A DNA stretch of 37,399 nucleotides from Candidatus Cloacimonadota bacterium (GCA_029564175.1 JAKQQL010000031.1:1-37399), one strand, 5' to 3'. Positions 19,757 to 29,564 are shown, counted from the stretch's first letter. The notes: generated by a model not told the origin, from the sequence alone. Program-made: numbers and translations.

Positions 19757-19975
19757 ATGTCTAAAGCAGGCGTAATCGAAGTAGAAGGAACAGTTACAGA
19801 GGCCTTGCCGAACACGTCATATCGTGTTGTACTGGAAAACGGACACGAAATACTGGCGCATAGTTCCGGTAAGATGAGAATGAATTATATCAGAATACTA
19901 CCTGGCGATAAGGTGAAAGTTGAGTTGTCCCCGTACGACTTAAATCGCGGCAGAATCACCTATCGTTATAAATAA
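19757..19975 (+). CDS. infA: Translation initiation factor IF-1
   Basis: [32 protein letters not shown]. Confidence 0.99.
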   Translation: MSKAGVIEVEGTVTEALPNTSYRVVLENGHEILAHSSGKMRMNYIRILPGDKVKVELSPYDLNRGRITYRYK

Positions 19976-20031
19976 ATGGTGAAAACCATTCTTTTTGTTT
20001 AGATACGAAGATTGACCAGAAAGGAAGAAAA

Positions 20032-20148
20032 ATGAAAGTAAGATCTTCTGTTAAACCAATTTGTAAAGATTGCCGAATCATCAAAAGACATGGTGTTATT
20101 CGCGTCATATGCCCATCAAACCCAAAACACAAGCAGAGACAGGGCTAA
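20032..20148 (+). CDS. rpmJ: 50S ribosomal protein L36, zinc-ribbon type (38 aa; not in the ORF track)
   Basis: Translated by hand: [38 protein letters not shown]. Confidence 0.98.
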   Translation: MKVRSSVKPICKDCRIIKRHGVIRVICPSNPKHKQRQG

Positions 20149-20167
20149 TTAAGAAGGAGGCTGACAA

Positions 20168-20536
20168 TTGGCACATATAGCAGGTATCGAATTACCCCGT
20201 AATAAAAGGATCGTAATTGGTCTCACTTATATCTTTGGTATTGGTAGAACTACATCAGAAAAGATCCTTGAAAAAGCAAATATTGACGAAAGTATTAGAG
20301 TCAAAGACTTAACTTTAGATCAGGAAAAAATTCTCCGTGACATTATTCAAAATGAAATCGTTGTCGAAGGTGCATTAAGAACTCAAACAACTATGAACAT
20401 CAAAAGATTAATGGAAATCGGTTCATATCGTGGATTGAGACACAAAAAAGGTCTTCCAGTCCGTGGACAACGTACCAAAACCAATGCACGTACTCGTAAA
20501 GGTCCAAGACCTGGTGCATTAAAGAAGAAAAAATAA
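20168..20536 (+). CDS. rpsM: 30S ribosomal protein S13 (TTG start)
   Basis: [31 protein letters not shown]. Confidence 0.99.
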   Translation: MAHIAGIELPRNKRIVIGLTYIFGIGRTTSEKILEKANIDESIRVKDLTLDQEKILRDIIQNEIVVEGALRTQTTMNIKRLMEIGSYRGLRHKKGLPVRGQRTKTNARTRKGPRPGALKKKK

Positions 20537-20548
20537 CGGAGGTTTAGC

Positions 20549-20944
20549 GTGGCAAAAGCAAAAAACACAAAAGTAAAGAAAAAACGCGTTAGATTATCTA
20601 TAGATGAAGCGATGGTTACTGTACACTCCAGTTTTAATAACACAATCGTTTCTTTATGTGACCTTGGTGGAAACGTTATTACCTGGTCCAGTGGTGGAAA
20701 AATAGGTAATAAAGGTTCAAGAAAATCTACTCCATACGCTGCTCAGATTGCTGCTGAAGAAGTTGCAAAAACGGCAGTTGATATGGGTGTTAAAAAAGTA
20801 CGTGTTGTCATTAAAGGACCCGGCGGTGGCAGAGAATCTTCTATCCGTGCATTAAACGCTATGGGTTTACACGTTACGATGATTAAGGATACTACTCCAA
20901 TTCCACATAATGGATGTAGACCACCAAAAACAAGAAGAATCTGA
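20549..20944 (+). CDS. rpsK: 30S ribosomal protein S11 (GTG start)
   Basis: SFNNTI, RKSTPYAAQ, TPIPHNGCRP. Confidence 0.99.
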   Translation: MAKAKNTKVKKKRVRLSIDEAMVTVHSSFNNTIVSLCDLGGNVITWSSGGKIGNKGSRKSTPYAAQIAAEEVAKTAVDMGVKKVRVVIKGPGGGRESSIRALNAMGLHVTMIKDTTPIPHNGCRPPKTRRI

Positions 20945-20958
20945 TGGAGGCAAATTAA

Positions 20959-21588
20959 ATGGCTAGATATACAGGATCAGTATGTAAACTTTGCCGCCGT
21001 GAAGGTGGTAAACTCATGCTTAAAGGTGCCCGTTGCATGACTTCTAAATGCGCTTTCGAAAGAAGAAGTTATGTTCCAGGACAGCATGGACCAACTTCTC
21101 GTAAAAAGACTACCGACTATGGTATTCATTTAAGAGAAAAACAAAAAGCACGTCGAATCTATGGCATTTTAGAAAAACAGTTTAGAAAATATTTTGAAAT
21201 TGCTGATAGAAAAAGTGGTGTAACAGGTGACAACCTGATTTTATTACTTGAAAGAAGATTAGATAATGTCGTTTATCGTATGGGCTTTGCTCCTACCAGA
21301 AACGCTGCAAGACAAATCATCAGACACGGTCACATCAGAGTGAATGGTGTTAAAGTAAATATCCCTTCTTTCCTGGTAAAACCTACCAACATGATTGAAG
21401 TAAAAGATACAAGCCGTTCTATGGATTTAATTCAGGATTCAGTTCAGAATTCTCTGGACGCTTCACGTTACGAATGGCTCAGTGTTGATAGAAATAACTT
21501 TAAAGGTGAATTCCTTTATATTCCAAAAAGAGAACAAGTCGAAATCAATATTAACGAAAACTTAATCGTTGAGTTCTACTCTAAATAA
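20959..21588 (+). CDS. rpsD: 30S ribosomal protein S4
   Basis: [38 protein letters not shown]. Confidence 0.99.
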   Translation: MARYTGSVCKLCRREGGKLMLKGARCMTSKCAFERRSYVPGQHGPTSRKKTTDYGIHLREKQKARRIYGILEKQFRKYFEIADRKSGVTGDNLILLLERRLDNVVYRMGFAPTRNAARQIIRHGHIRVNGVKVNIPSFLVKPTNMIEVKDTSRSMDLIQDSVQNSLDASRYEWLSVDRNNFKGEFLYIPKREQVEININENLIVEFYSK

Positions 21589-21602
21589 AACAGGAGATAA
21601 AT

Positions 21603-22622
21603 ATGATGCTTCTTGAACCCTTGCAAATGCCGAATAAAATCGACTTTGACAAAGATACTTACTCAAGAGTCTATGGTAAATTTGAAATAGGTCCTTTTGA
21701 ACCAGGCTATGCAACAACAATCGGCAATACGCTTCGTCGCGTCTTATTATCTTCGATTCAGGGCGCAGCAGCCCGATTTGTTAAAATTGAAGGGTTGCAT
21801 CACGAATTTACTCCAATTCCTGGTTGTGATTCTGACTTTGTGGATTTTATTCTGAATCTGAAAAAAGTAGTTTTCAAATCAGACACCCTTAATGAAGTCA
21901 AAATTACCCTTCAACACAAAGGAATCGGTCCGGTTACAGCGAATGAAATTGAAGAAACATCTGAAATTAAGGTGATTAATAAAGATCTTACGCTTTGTAA
22001 CATGACTGAAGATACTGAACTTTTTGTCGAAATCTGGGTTGGACAGGGTAGAGGATATGTCTCCGCTGACAAACAGAATCTCGATGAAAAACCAATTGGT
22101 GTCATTCCGGTTGATTCTATTTATTCTCCTATCACCAAAGTGAATTTCATTACTGCTAATCAGCGTGTTGGAGAAAGAATTGATTATGACAAACTTGTTC
22201 TGGAAGTTTTCACCAATGGCAGTATTGAACCAAAAGATGCACTTTTCCTTTCTGCAAAATTACTGAGAGATTTATACTCAAATCTGGTTCTGTTTGAAGA
22301 AGAACCTGAATATATTGAAGAAGTGGAAATGGATCCGGAACTTGAAAGAATTGAAAAATTACTCAACATGAATGTAAAAGATCTTGAATTAACTGTTCGT
22401 TCAGCTAATTGCTTAAAAGCAGCTAAGATTGAAACAATTGGTGAGTTAGTTGGAAAATCAGAGCCGGAAATGTTGAAATATAGAAACTTTGGTAAGAAAT
22501 CATTAGATGAAATCAAAGCCCTTATCGTAAAATACGATTTAACACTTGGTATGGATGTCGAAGGTATTCGTAAAAGAATTGCCGATGCAAAAAACCGTAT
22601 GAATAATAAAAAGAAAGGTTGA
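21603..22622 (+). CDS. rpoA: DNA-directed RNA polymerase subunit alpha
   Basis: [35 protein letters not shown]. Confidence 0.99.
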   Translation: MMLLEPLQMPNKIDFDKDTYSRVYGKFEIGPFEPGYATTIGNTLRRVLLSSIQGAAARFVKIEGLHHEFTPIPGCDSDFVDFILNLKKVVFKSDTLNEVKITLQHKGIGPVTANEIEETSEIKVINKDLTLCNMTEDTELFVEIWVGQGRGYVSADKQNLDEKPIGVIPVDSIYSPITKVNFITANQRVGERIDYDKLVLEVFTNGSIEPKDALFLSAKLLRDLYSNLVLFEEEPEYIEEVEMDPELERIEKLLNMNVKDLELTVRSANCLKAAKIETIGELVGKSEPEMLKYRNFGKKSLDEIKALIVKYDLTLGMDVEGIRKRIADAKNRMNNKKKG

Positions 22623-22626
22623 GTTT

Positions 22627-23040
22627 ATGCGACATAGATGCGAAGGAAGAAAATTCGGAAGAGAAGCCGATCACAGAAAAGCAATGATGAAAAACCTTGT
22701 TATTTCTCTCTTCCAGCATGGTCAAATTGAAACCACTCAGGCTAAAGCAAAAGAAATGCGCGGTTTAGCTGAAAGAGTGATTACCTATGGTAAAAAAGGA
22801 AGCTTACATCACAAAAGATTAGCTTTCTCAGTAGTTCATGATCATGCATTAGTCAAAAGAATTTTCGATGAAATAGCACCAAAATATGCTAACCGTAACG
22901 GTGGATATACAAGTATTATTAAGACCAGAATCCGTCGTGGCGATTGCGCTCCTATGGCGATCATTCGTTTAGTTGAAGGCGATGCAGCTCCAGCTGAAAA
23001 GAAAGATACCATTCAGGCTACTGATTTAAATAAAGAATAA
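22627..23040 (+). CDS. rplQ: 50S ribosomal protein L17
   Basis: MRHR, IETTQAKAKE, RNGGYT, RRGDCAPMA. Confidence 0.99.
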   Translation: MRHRCEGRKFGREADHRKAMMKNLVISLFQHGQIETTQAKAKEMRGLAERVITYGKKGSLHHKRLAFSVVHDHALVKRIFDEIAPKYANRNGGYTSIIKTRIRRGDCAPMAIIRLVEGDAAPAEKKDTIQATDLNKE

Positions 23041-23056
23041 GATAGCTTAAAATATT

Positions 23057-23089
23057 AAAAAGGCAGTAACTTCGTTACTGCCTTTTTTT
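23057..23089. terminator. Bidirectional intrinsic terminator between rplQ and the convergent C25 peptidase
   Basis: AAAAAGGCAGTAAC-ttc-GTTACTGCCTTTTTTT. Confidence 0.92.
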
Positions 23090-23098
23090 GTTTATAAA

Positions 23099-24937
23099 TT
23101 ATTTAACCAGCAGAATTTTTCCGGTTTTGATATAATTGTCAGAAGTGAATTTATAGAAGTAAATACCCGAACCTATCGGACGATTATTGTCATTTCTTCC
23201 GTTCCAGATTATCGATGAATCCATCTCTCGTATTGATTTAACCTTTTGACCTTTGATATTGAAAATATCGATTTGATTTTTCCCTTTGTTGATGTTTGAA
23301 ACATTAAACAGAATATGATTTGGGCTTTTTACTGTTACGGATATCTCGGGTATATCTTCGTTTAGAACTTCTTCTTCCTGATCAGGATTTCTGAGAACAG
23401 GGATTGCTGATAGGTTCATACAGGAGGGGATAAAATTATCTTTGTAAACAGAAATCTTTTTTGCGGATAAATCTGTACGGGTTAAAAATGATACCTGCCC
23501 ATTTGCAGATGTTTGCCCTCTTAATAAGATCGTATCATCTGAATTTAGCACACAGACAGTCGCACCTGCAATTGCTTTCATTCCGCTATTAACCGTTATA
23601 GTTAAGTTTGCGGCAGGTACATAGTTGTTTTTGCTAATCGTGAAAGACGCTGCATTCTTAAACCACAGATTCATACTTGGATCTCCGAATAGAATATGAG
23701 AAAAGAAAGCATTTCGTTTTGCGACCTGTATGGGTGCTGCAAACCAGTTAAATCTGGGGATATAACATAAAGAAAGCAATTCCCCAAACTTTTTTTCCGG
23801 ATTAGACTCCAGATTGGTGAATAAAGTGCCAGAATCATTAAAACTTTCATCTGTATAGGAATAGTGGGACGAAGTGTAAATAGCGACCGCTCCATCATTA
23901 TTGTTGATAAATTCGGCAGCCATACAATCCTGGCTTTCATAAATATTGGGATCAGTAAGAGACATTTTATAAAAACGGCTTAAACTGCAGGCTCCTATCC
24001 ATGCAACATAGGGTTTACTCTGGGTATTGGTCAGGTAGTTTGGCAGATAACTGTAAACAGAAGCGGGGTATCCGCCATTTCCATTGAGTATATAGTTATA
24101 ATTGTTGGTTAAGTTCATGTAAGTCAGATCCGGATTGTTCAGATTTGGAGGATAAACGGTGTTGATATTTGTACAGGCTAACTGGTCACCGGTATCACCA
24201 TGTGTATTGGTAAACAGGAAGCTGTAAGTGGCATCATTGAGCATATTTCCGATTGAAACAGCGGTTGGTGCCGTGATCTGGTTTGAAAAGGTAATATCTT
24301 TTACAGGGGTTTTAAGTTTTTTGGTTAAGCGATACATCAGAGTATCAGCTACCAAGTAATTGGGACGACGGGCATAATTGTTGCTGATAAATCGGAATTT
24401 TTTAGTATAATTGCTGTCGGTATTATAACGGTAATTCTGATATTTGGTGATAAAGTTTTGCACTTCTGTAGTTGTATTAGCCGGGATTCTGCCTACATAG
24501 ATGTCCTGATTAAAATTTAATTTATGATAGGTGCTTGTCCAGGTGGAAAGCACATTGGAAAAGTAAAAGTCAGTCGGAAATTTCCAACCCCAGCTATCCG
24601 GATACTGATCCCAGGTAACATAATCATTGGGAGAATGAATCATATAAGGCTGAACGACTGTCGCATCCCCTCCAATCAGAACAAATTTCAATGAAGGATT
24701 GGCTGTCTTTTGAGCAGTCAGATAGTTACGGATAATTTCAGGAGAATTACCGCCAATCGTTGCTGTCGTAACAACAATCGTTTTAACCCCTTCTTTGTTT
24801 TTAAGTTTGGCAAAATCCTGAAATTTGCTTTGAAGTGTGGTGTTGGTAATAATAATCATGTCAACCGGATAATCGACAGCACATAATACTGCGGATATCA
24901 TGATGATGATTGAGAGTAAAAACTGTGTCTTTTTCAT
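23099..24937 (-). CDS. Secreted C25-family (gingipain-like) cysteine peptidase with C-terminal T9SS-type/FlgD-like domain
   Basis: Signal peptide. C25-type motifs FVLIGGD, TDFYFS, YVGRIP, catalytic-like HG (NTHGD) and AC (IGACS), LFGDP. C-terminal FNIKGQKVK...WNG...GSGIYFYK...KILLVK. Confidence 0.85.
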   Translation of the reverse strand: MKKTQFLLSIIIMISAVLCAVDYPVDMIIITNTTLQSKFQDFAKLKNKEGVKTIVVTTATIGGNSPEIIRNYLTAQKTANPSLKFVLIGGDATVVQPYMIHSPNDYVTWDQYPDSWGWKFPTDFYFSNVLSTWTSTYHKLNFNQDIYVGRIPANTTTEVQNFITKYQNYRYNTDSNYTKKFRFISNNYARRPNYLVADTLMYRLTKKLKTPVKDITFSNQITAPTAVSIGNMLNDATYSFLFTNTHGDTGDQLACTNINTVYPPNLNNPDLTYMNLTNNYNYILNGNGGYPASVYSYLPNYLTNTQSKPYVAWIGACSLSRFYKMSLTDPNIYESQDCMAAEFINNNDGAVAIYTSSHYSYTDESFNDSGTLFTNLESNPEKKFGELLSLCYIPRFNWFAAPIQVAKRNAFFSHILFGDPSMNLWFKNAASFTISKNNYVPAANLTITVNSGMKAIAGATVCVLNSDDTILLRGQTSANGQVSFLTRTDLSAKKISVYKDNFIPSCMNLSAIPVLRNPDQEEEVLNEDIPEISVTVKSPNHILFNVSNINKGKNQIDIFNIKGQKVKSIREMDSSIIWNGRNDNNRPIGSGIYFYKFTSDNYIKTGKILLVK

Positions 24938-24945
24938 AAGTCCTC

Positions 24946-26066
24946 CTATTTGATAATCATTATTTTCTTACTGGAGATAATAGCGCCATTTTCTTTTAAA
25001 ACAGCAAAGTAAACGCCGGAAGAAATATTTTGATTATCAGTTGAATCAAACTTCCAGCTTAATTTACTCTCCTGATGAAATGGAGTTTTCTTGACCAGTT
25101 GGCCTTTTATATTGTAAATGGATATTTCATAATCCTGAGCGCTTCGATCAGTCTTTAGTTCAAATGTTAACTGATCTCTTGCCGGATTGGGATAGATTCC
25201 AAAATTAGCTTTTTGTTTATTAATTATATTTTGATCTTCATTCTCAGATGATCCAATTGGATAAAGAAGACTTACAAAATCATAGTCCTCATTACCCCAT
25301 GATGTAAAATCAGGCTGATCAGTTATTTCCCCGTTCATAACATTTTGAGGGTTGTTTACATGTCCAAATCCTAAAATATGTCCCATTTCATGTTTGAGTA
25401 GCTTTTTTAGAGAAAATGAATGTGTCTCAGGTAAAGTATTATAAGTTACATAATCAGTATTTGATGTATTCCATGTCTGCCTGCGAGTTAAGTTGTTAGA
25501 AATATCATAGGTATAATTATAAAATGAACTTGAAACATTTACATAGATCTCACTACAAGTTATATTTTCTATTGTAACATCCTCTTTTGCGATTCTGTGT
25601 CTTTGATCAGGAGTGTTAGGATTTTCTATTGTTCCAGCAGGTATAGCAAATCCAAAAGCAGCTAATGAATTTGAATCATAAAAAAGAATAGGATTATCAT
25701 AATAATTTACAGGAAAATTATTATTACCACTCATTGATAAACTGAATACAATAGATGGAGAAGCTATCATACTGTTCCACTTAAGTGTGGCCTGGACTAA
25801 CAGATCTTGAGTTGAAAGAAATATATCAGGATTCAAATCATCGTCTATTTGATTTATATATCCTTCACAAAAAAAATGTAACCATCTGAATTAGGGTAAA
25901 CACGACCAAAATTTTTATAACCACCATTTTCAAGTACACTGGAATCATATTGATTTGAAGTACCACCACAATACCCATAAGGTTCATATGTTCTAAGTTG
26001 AACAGAAAAAGAAAATAACAAGTATGTAGTTAAATAAAAGATTAGTATAATTAAACATTTCTTCAT
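24946..26066 (-). pseudogene. Secreted metzincin (matrixin/M10-like) metalloprotease with T9SS-type C-terminal domain, split by a frameshift in a T8 run (track ORFs 25854-26066 and 24946-25836)
   Basis: The upstream ORF carries the signal peptide. The downstream ORF has HEMGHILGFGH, a Met-turn (NVMN) and YPNP...YNIKGQ...SGVYF, but no signal peptide or evident RBS. One extra T at 25869-25876 fuses them into about 373 aa. Confidence 0.8.
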
Positions 26067-26986
26067 TGTAAGACTCCAAAGTTTTTTAATATCTTAATTA
26101 TTGATGTTTCAAACTCTTCAATCGTTAATTTATTCTTTTCTTTAAAAAAATATAAACTAATGCCATTTTGTGATTGATAATTTGGTTTATTTATAATTTC
26201 GTCAAAGTTTAACTCAGGATCATAATATTCAATTTGATCGTTTACAATTTCAAACAAATTATAATGGTCAGAAATCATACCAAAATAATTGTCACCCAAT
26301 GCATAATAATAATTCACTAAATATTTTTTACCATAAGAAATTTCTTTTAAAAAATCTTTATCGCCAATAATTTTTATTGTTTCATGAGTAGTTAAGGCTT
26401 TGTTTAAACCAATAAATCTCTCAATTTCAAAAGTAATATACCTTACTTCGAGATCGCTATGATAAGCGTTAATATCATCAATCTCTACAGGCGTGCCTAT
26501 AAATCTGTAGATAGATATTTGATTGGCTGGGATATTGTATTTTTTATTGATAATTTGTGAAATAATGGATCTAAAAACTTCAAAATCAAACACTTTTACC
26601 CCATTAGAATATTTTCCACAAAATTCTATAAAATATTTACTTTTTTCACTTATACTCGTATTTGAATGAATCATTTTCTTGTTTTTAAAATATATTGATG
26701 TATAATTGCTCAAATCTTTATGTATCATCTTGATGTAATCAAGATATGCCCTTTTTAGTTCATCTTCTGAAAAATCCTTGAAAAAAAGATTGTTTCCATT
26801 CATCATATCAAAACTATATGTTAGATAGTTTTTGTACATTTTAAAAAATTCAGGATATTTAGCATAAAAGTCACTGGTATCATTGATATCAGGATTGACC
26901 TTTATGAACTTTTTTTCATGATCTATACTCATCAACATTGTGTATATAAATATTATCATGAGTATTATTATTGTTCGTCTTTTCAT
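26063..26986 (-). CDS. Hypothetical exported protein (~307 aa), first gene of the protease operon
   Basis: ATG at 26986 after AAGGAG gives MKRRTIIILMIIFIYTMLMS (signal-like). ATGA overlap with the next gene. Very AT-rich. Confidence 0.75.
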   Translation of the reverse strand: MKRRTIIILMIIFIYTMLMSIDHEKKFIKVNPDINDTSDFYAKYPEFFKMYKNYLTYSFDMMNGNNLFFKDFSEDELKRAYLDYIKMIHKDLSNYTSIYFKNKKMIHSNTSISEKSKYFIEFCGKYSNGVKVFDFEVFRSIISQIINKKYNIPANQISIYRFIGTPVEIDDINAYHSDLEVRYITFEIERFIGLNKALTTHETIKIIGDKDFLKEISYGKKYLVNYYYALGDNYFGMISDHYNLFEIVNDQIEYYDPELNFDEIINKPNYQSQNGISLYFFKEKNKLTIEEFETSIIKILKNFGVLQ

Positions 26987-27051
26987 TTTATCTCCTTGAA
27001 AGCTGAGTTTACAATTGTTTTGATATTTCACTTTATTTATAAATATATCAG

Positions 27052-27080
27052 AGAGTAGCATTTATATATTGAGTTGTCAA
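27052..27080 (-). promoter_or_regulatory. sigma70-type promoter of the secreted-protease operon
   Basis: TTGACA-17 bp-TACTCT with an extended TGn motif, on the minus strand. Confidence 0.65.
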
Positions 27081-27120
27081 ATCTTTTTTTGATTATTGTT
27101 AATTCTTTGGTCAGCACGGA

Positions 27121-27312
27121 AGAGTCTGAACAAAAATGCAGATTTTATTGTGTCGCACCTACGGCGCTAATATCGTAACTGTTAATTTACCCGGGGTTTC
27201 ACCCCGGGCTAGGATTCTTTCGTTCCTTCGGAACTCTTATTTTTGTACAGACTCTTAGCACATGGTTATCTATATGTCATTCCTACGGAAATATCATTTT
27301 TGCACAGACTCT
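27121..27312. mobile_element. Putative non-autonomous MITE-like element (192 bp)
   Basis: Left end AGAGTCTGAACAAAAATG; right end CATTTTTGCACAGACTCT; an extra internal right end at 27240-27255; GGA directly repeated on both sides; internal GC hairpins. Confidence 0.6.
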
Positions 27313-27326
27313 GGAGATGTGGCACG

Positions 27327-27479
27327 GTTGAGACGCGATTAATCGCATCTGTAAGGGATGGTATTAGCCGTAAATCAGAAGAAACTTGTACTTCAAGCAT
27401 CCTGCATGTAGCATTTTATGCAAGCTGGGAGATTGCAGTACGATAGTGGATGAACGGCGCTTCGCTTTGTTCGTTCTAC
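27327..27479. repeat. Cluster of REP-like palindromes of three types
   Basis: GTTGAGACGCGATTAATCGCATCTGTA (27327-27353); inverted pair TGTACTTCAAGCATCCTGCATG...GCAAGCTGGGAGATTGCAGTAC (27387-27441); minus-strand GTAGAACGAACAAAGCGAAGCGCCGTTCATCC (27448-27479). Confidence 0.65.
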
Positions 27480-27530
27480 ACATCGTATCCAGATGAAGAA
27501 GATCTGCAAACATTTTGACAAAACTAAATC

Positions 27531-28592
27531 TCAATCAATATTGAGGATATATTTTTCAAGCATGAATTTGAACTGGTCGTACAGATTTGTTGGTTTTATG
27601 TTTCTCATACAGTTAAAATGCCCTTTAGGGCATTCTTTTTGTCCATGAAGCGTACATGGCTGGCATTTTATATCTGACTCCATAATGATGGCTTTTTTGT
27701 TTAAGGGGCGAAAACCGAGAGAGGTATGCGTTGAACCAAAAATAGCAATCTGAGGTAAACCCAGTGCTGCTGATATGTGCATTGGTCCACTGTCATTGGA
27801 GATGACTCCGTTAAGATTGGCACAAAACCCGATCAATTGTCTGATATCAAAATAACCACACAGGTCAACCGGCTTGATATCGCAATTATTACGAATACGG
27901 GTGCAAATGTATTTTTCATCATAGGAACCTAAGAGGATAAACTGGCAATTCCAAGATTCTGGTACTCTGTTGATAAAGGAAGAAAAACTACTGCCGGGAT
28001 ACTGCTTTGTTTCATAGCTGGCACCTGGAAAGATACCAATCAATGTTTTGCCTGGGTTGATTCCAAAATTATTGAATACATCAATAATCTGTGGACTGAT
28101 TTGCTTTTCAACATGAAGAACAGGGTATAAGGAAGCCGGGATTTTCTGATCTGTAAATGCATATTGAGCATATTGATCAGAGATTTTTTGAAAAACAGTA
28201 AAATACAGGTTCAGAGTTGAATAAATCGCATTTTTGCTTAATCGGTGAGTCAGCAATAAACGCCTGAGGTGCTGTTTGCTGTATGTGATACATTTAGAGC
28301 CGGATATAAGCCTCTTGACAATCCATGAATTGAGTTTGTCATGCAGATCAATGACCAGATCGTACTGATTATGTTTAAGTTGTTTGATTACATTTATTTT
28401 ATCATCCCAGGTATATATCTTATCAATTGTTTTAAATAATTCTACAACCGGCAAAAATACTTTTTTGGTTAGATAATCAATTTGTGCCTGAGGATAGATT
28501 TCTTTCAGAACTCTTGGAACAGGTTCTGTCAAAACAATATCTCCTAAAGAGCTAAATCTGATAATAAGAATCTTTTTTACTTGATCTGGCAT
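27531..28592 (-). CDS. Glycosyltransferase family 9 (LPS heptosyltransferase, WaaF-like)
   Basis: ILIIRFSSLGDIV, YDLVIDLH, PGAS..TKQYP, SNDSGPMHISAA, AIFGST, CQPC...CPKGHFNCM. Confidence 0.92.
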   Translation of the reverse strand: MPDQVKKILIIRFSSLGDIVLTEPVPRVLKEIYPQAQIDYLTKKVFLPVVELFKTIDKIYTWDDKINVIKQLKHNQYDLVIDLHDKLNSWIVKRLISGSKCITYSKQHLRRLLLTHRLSKNAIYSTLNLYFTVFQKISDQYAQYAFTDQKIPASLYPVLHVEKQISPQIIDVFNNFGINPGKTLIGIFPGASYETKQYPGSSFSSFINRVPESWNCQFILLGSYDEKYICTRIRNNCDIKPVDLCGYFDIRQLIGFCANLNGVISNDSGPMHISAALGLPQIAIFGSTHTSLGFRPLNKKAIIMESDIKCQPCTLHGQKECPKGHFNCMRNIKPTNLYDQFKFMLEKYILNID

Positions 28593-28611
28593 ACATACCT
28601 CATAGTAAAAA

Positions 28612-28641
28612 ACCCTATTTTCAAATGTTTAAAAATGTCAA
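28612..28641 (-). promoter_or_regulatory. Possible sigma70 promoter of the GT9 gene
   Basis: TTGACA-18 bp-TAGGGT on the minus strand, about 20 bp upstream of the ATG. Confidence 0.4.
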
Positions 28642-28961
28642 CGTAAAAAATGTAAGTAAATGATAAGGGGTTTTAAGATACGGATAGCGCTGAATGATAT
28701 CATTATCTGTTTTTTACCGGGACCCTTTCATCCCTGCTCCTTCCTTCTTTGAATCCTACTCTGTTCTCCAAGAAAGGAAGCGGAAGGGAAGAGGATTGCT
28801 CTTGGGGGATGAAAAATTATTTTCAGAAAAAATATGACAGGATAAGACAGGAATATTTGGAGAAATTAAAATTTTTGATAAAATGGCACAAAAATGATGA
28901 TTTTGTCCGGGTATATATAAGTAGAGGGATTGCAATTTAACAAAGTAATAAAGGAGGAACA

Positions 28962-29564
28962 ATGAGAGTTTATTTTCAAGGTCAGCATGGATTTTCCAAG
29001 AGAATCGATGAATATATTGCCTGCTATTACAATAGGGGAGATGTCTGTATTTTGAGAAAGAACACAGAGAGAAAACTGCAAAACCAAAATATTGCCATCA
29101 AAAACAATCAAAAGCATATATGTGATTTGTGGAGATTATTGTCTGAAAGGATCAGATGGGCTCTGTCTCAATATGCAGTGTATTACAGAGAAAGCCCCTT
29201 GAGATTTCGCAAAAGAGGTGTGTCAGGTATGAGTGCCTTTTTAAAGATTATCTATCGGATTGCAAAATTTTATAAAATTGAGGTTGGCTCTATTGATCAG
29301 CAGTTAATAAATGAATTTTTTAGTCAGTTTAAAACAATCGGTAAGCTGGTAAGCAACGGTTATCTGGATTTTGTAAAAATGCCATATCAAATAATGAATC
29401 ATGCTTTGATAAAAGAATTATCTGATGAAAAGAATCGGTTGCAAACAGGATATGTAAGACAGAATGACTTAAATAAGCAAATGTCTAAATTGAAAGTCAA
29501 TCAAGGTACAATTGCATTTTATGAGAGGATTTGTTTTAAAGAAATTAACGCAGAATTTACATAA
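28962..29564 (+). CDS. Hypothetical basic protein, paralog of 7094-7651 (200 aa)
   Basis: Strong RBS AAGGAGG; shares motifs with 7094-7651. Confidence 0.82.
   Translation: MRVYFQGQHGFSKRIDEYIACYYNRGDVCILRKNTERKLQNQNIAIKNNQKHICDLWRLLSERIRWALSQYAVYYRESPLRFRKRGVSGMSAFLKIIYRIAKFYKIEVGSIDQQLINEFFSQFKTIGKLVSNGYLDFVKMPYQIMNHALIKELSDEKNRLQTGYVRQNDLNKQMSKLKVNQGTIAFYERICFKEINAEFT

Noticed and set aside
8018..22725. Antisense and alternate-frame ORFs across the ribosomal operon
   Set aside because: They overlap highly conserved genes and are expected from biased codon usage.
26987..27061. Upstream extension of the 332-aa ORF given in the track
   Set aside because: The ATG at 27061 lies inside the predicted promoter; ATG 26986 has an AAGGAG RBS and begins a signal peptide.
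27243..27446. 67-aa ORF containing VETRLIASV
   Set aside because: It reads through REP-like palindromes; the peptide is a by-product of the repeat.
28884..28900. sigma54 -24/-12 promoter at TGGCAC
   Set aside because: The required GC is missing at the GG-N10-GC position (the sequence has AT). The TGGCAC sites at 27320 and 37037 fail the same test.
7094..29564. The two paralogs as ends of a composite mobile element carrying the ribosomal operon
   Set aside because: They are highly diverged, show no long nucleotide repeat or transposase motif, and the enclosed genes are core housekeeping genes.
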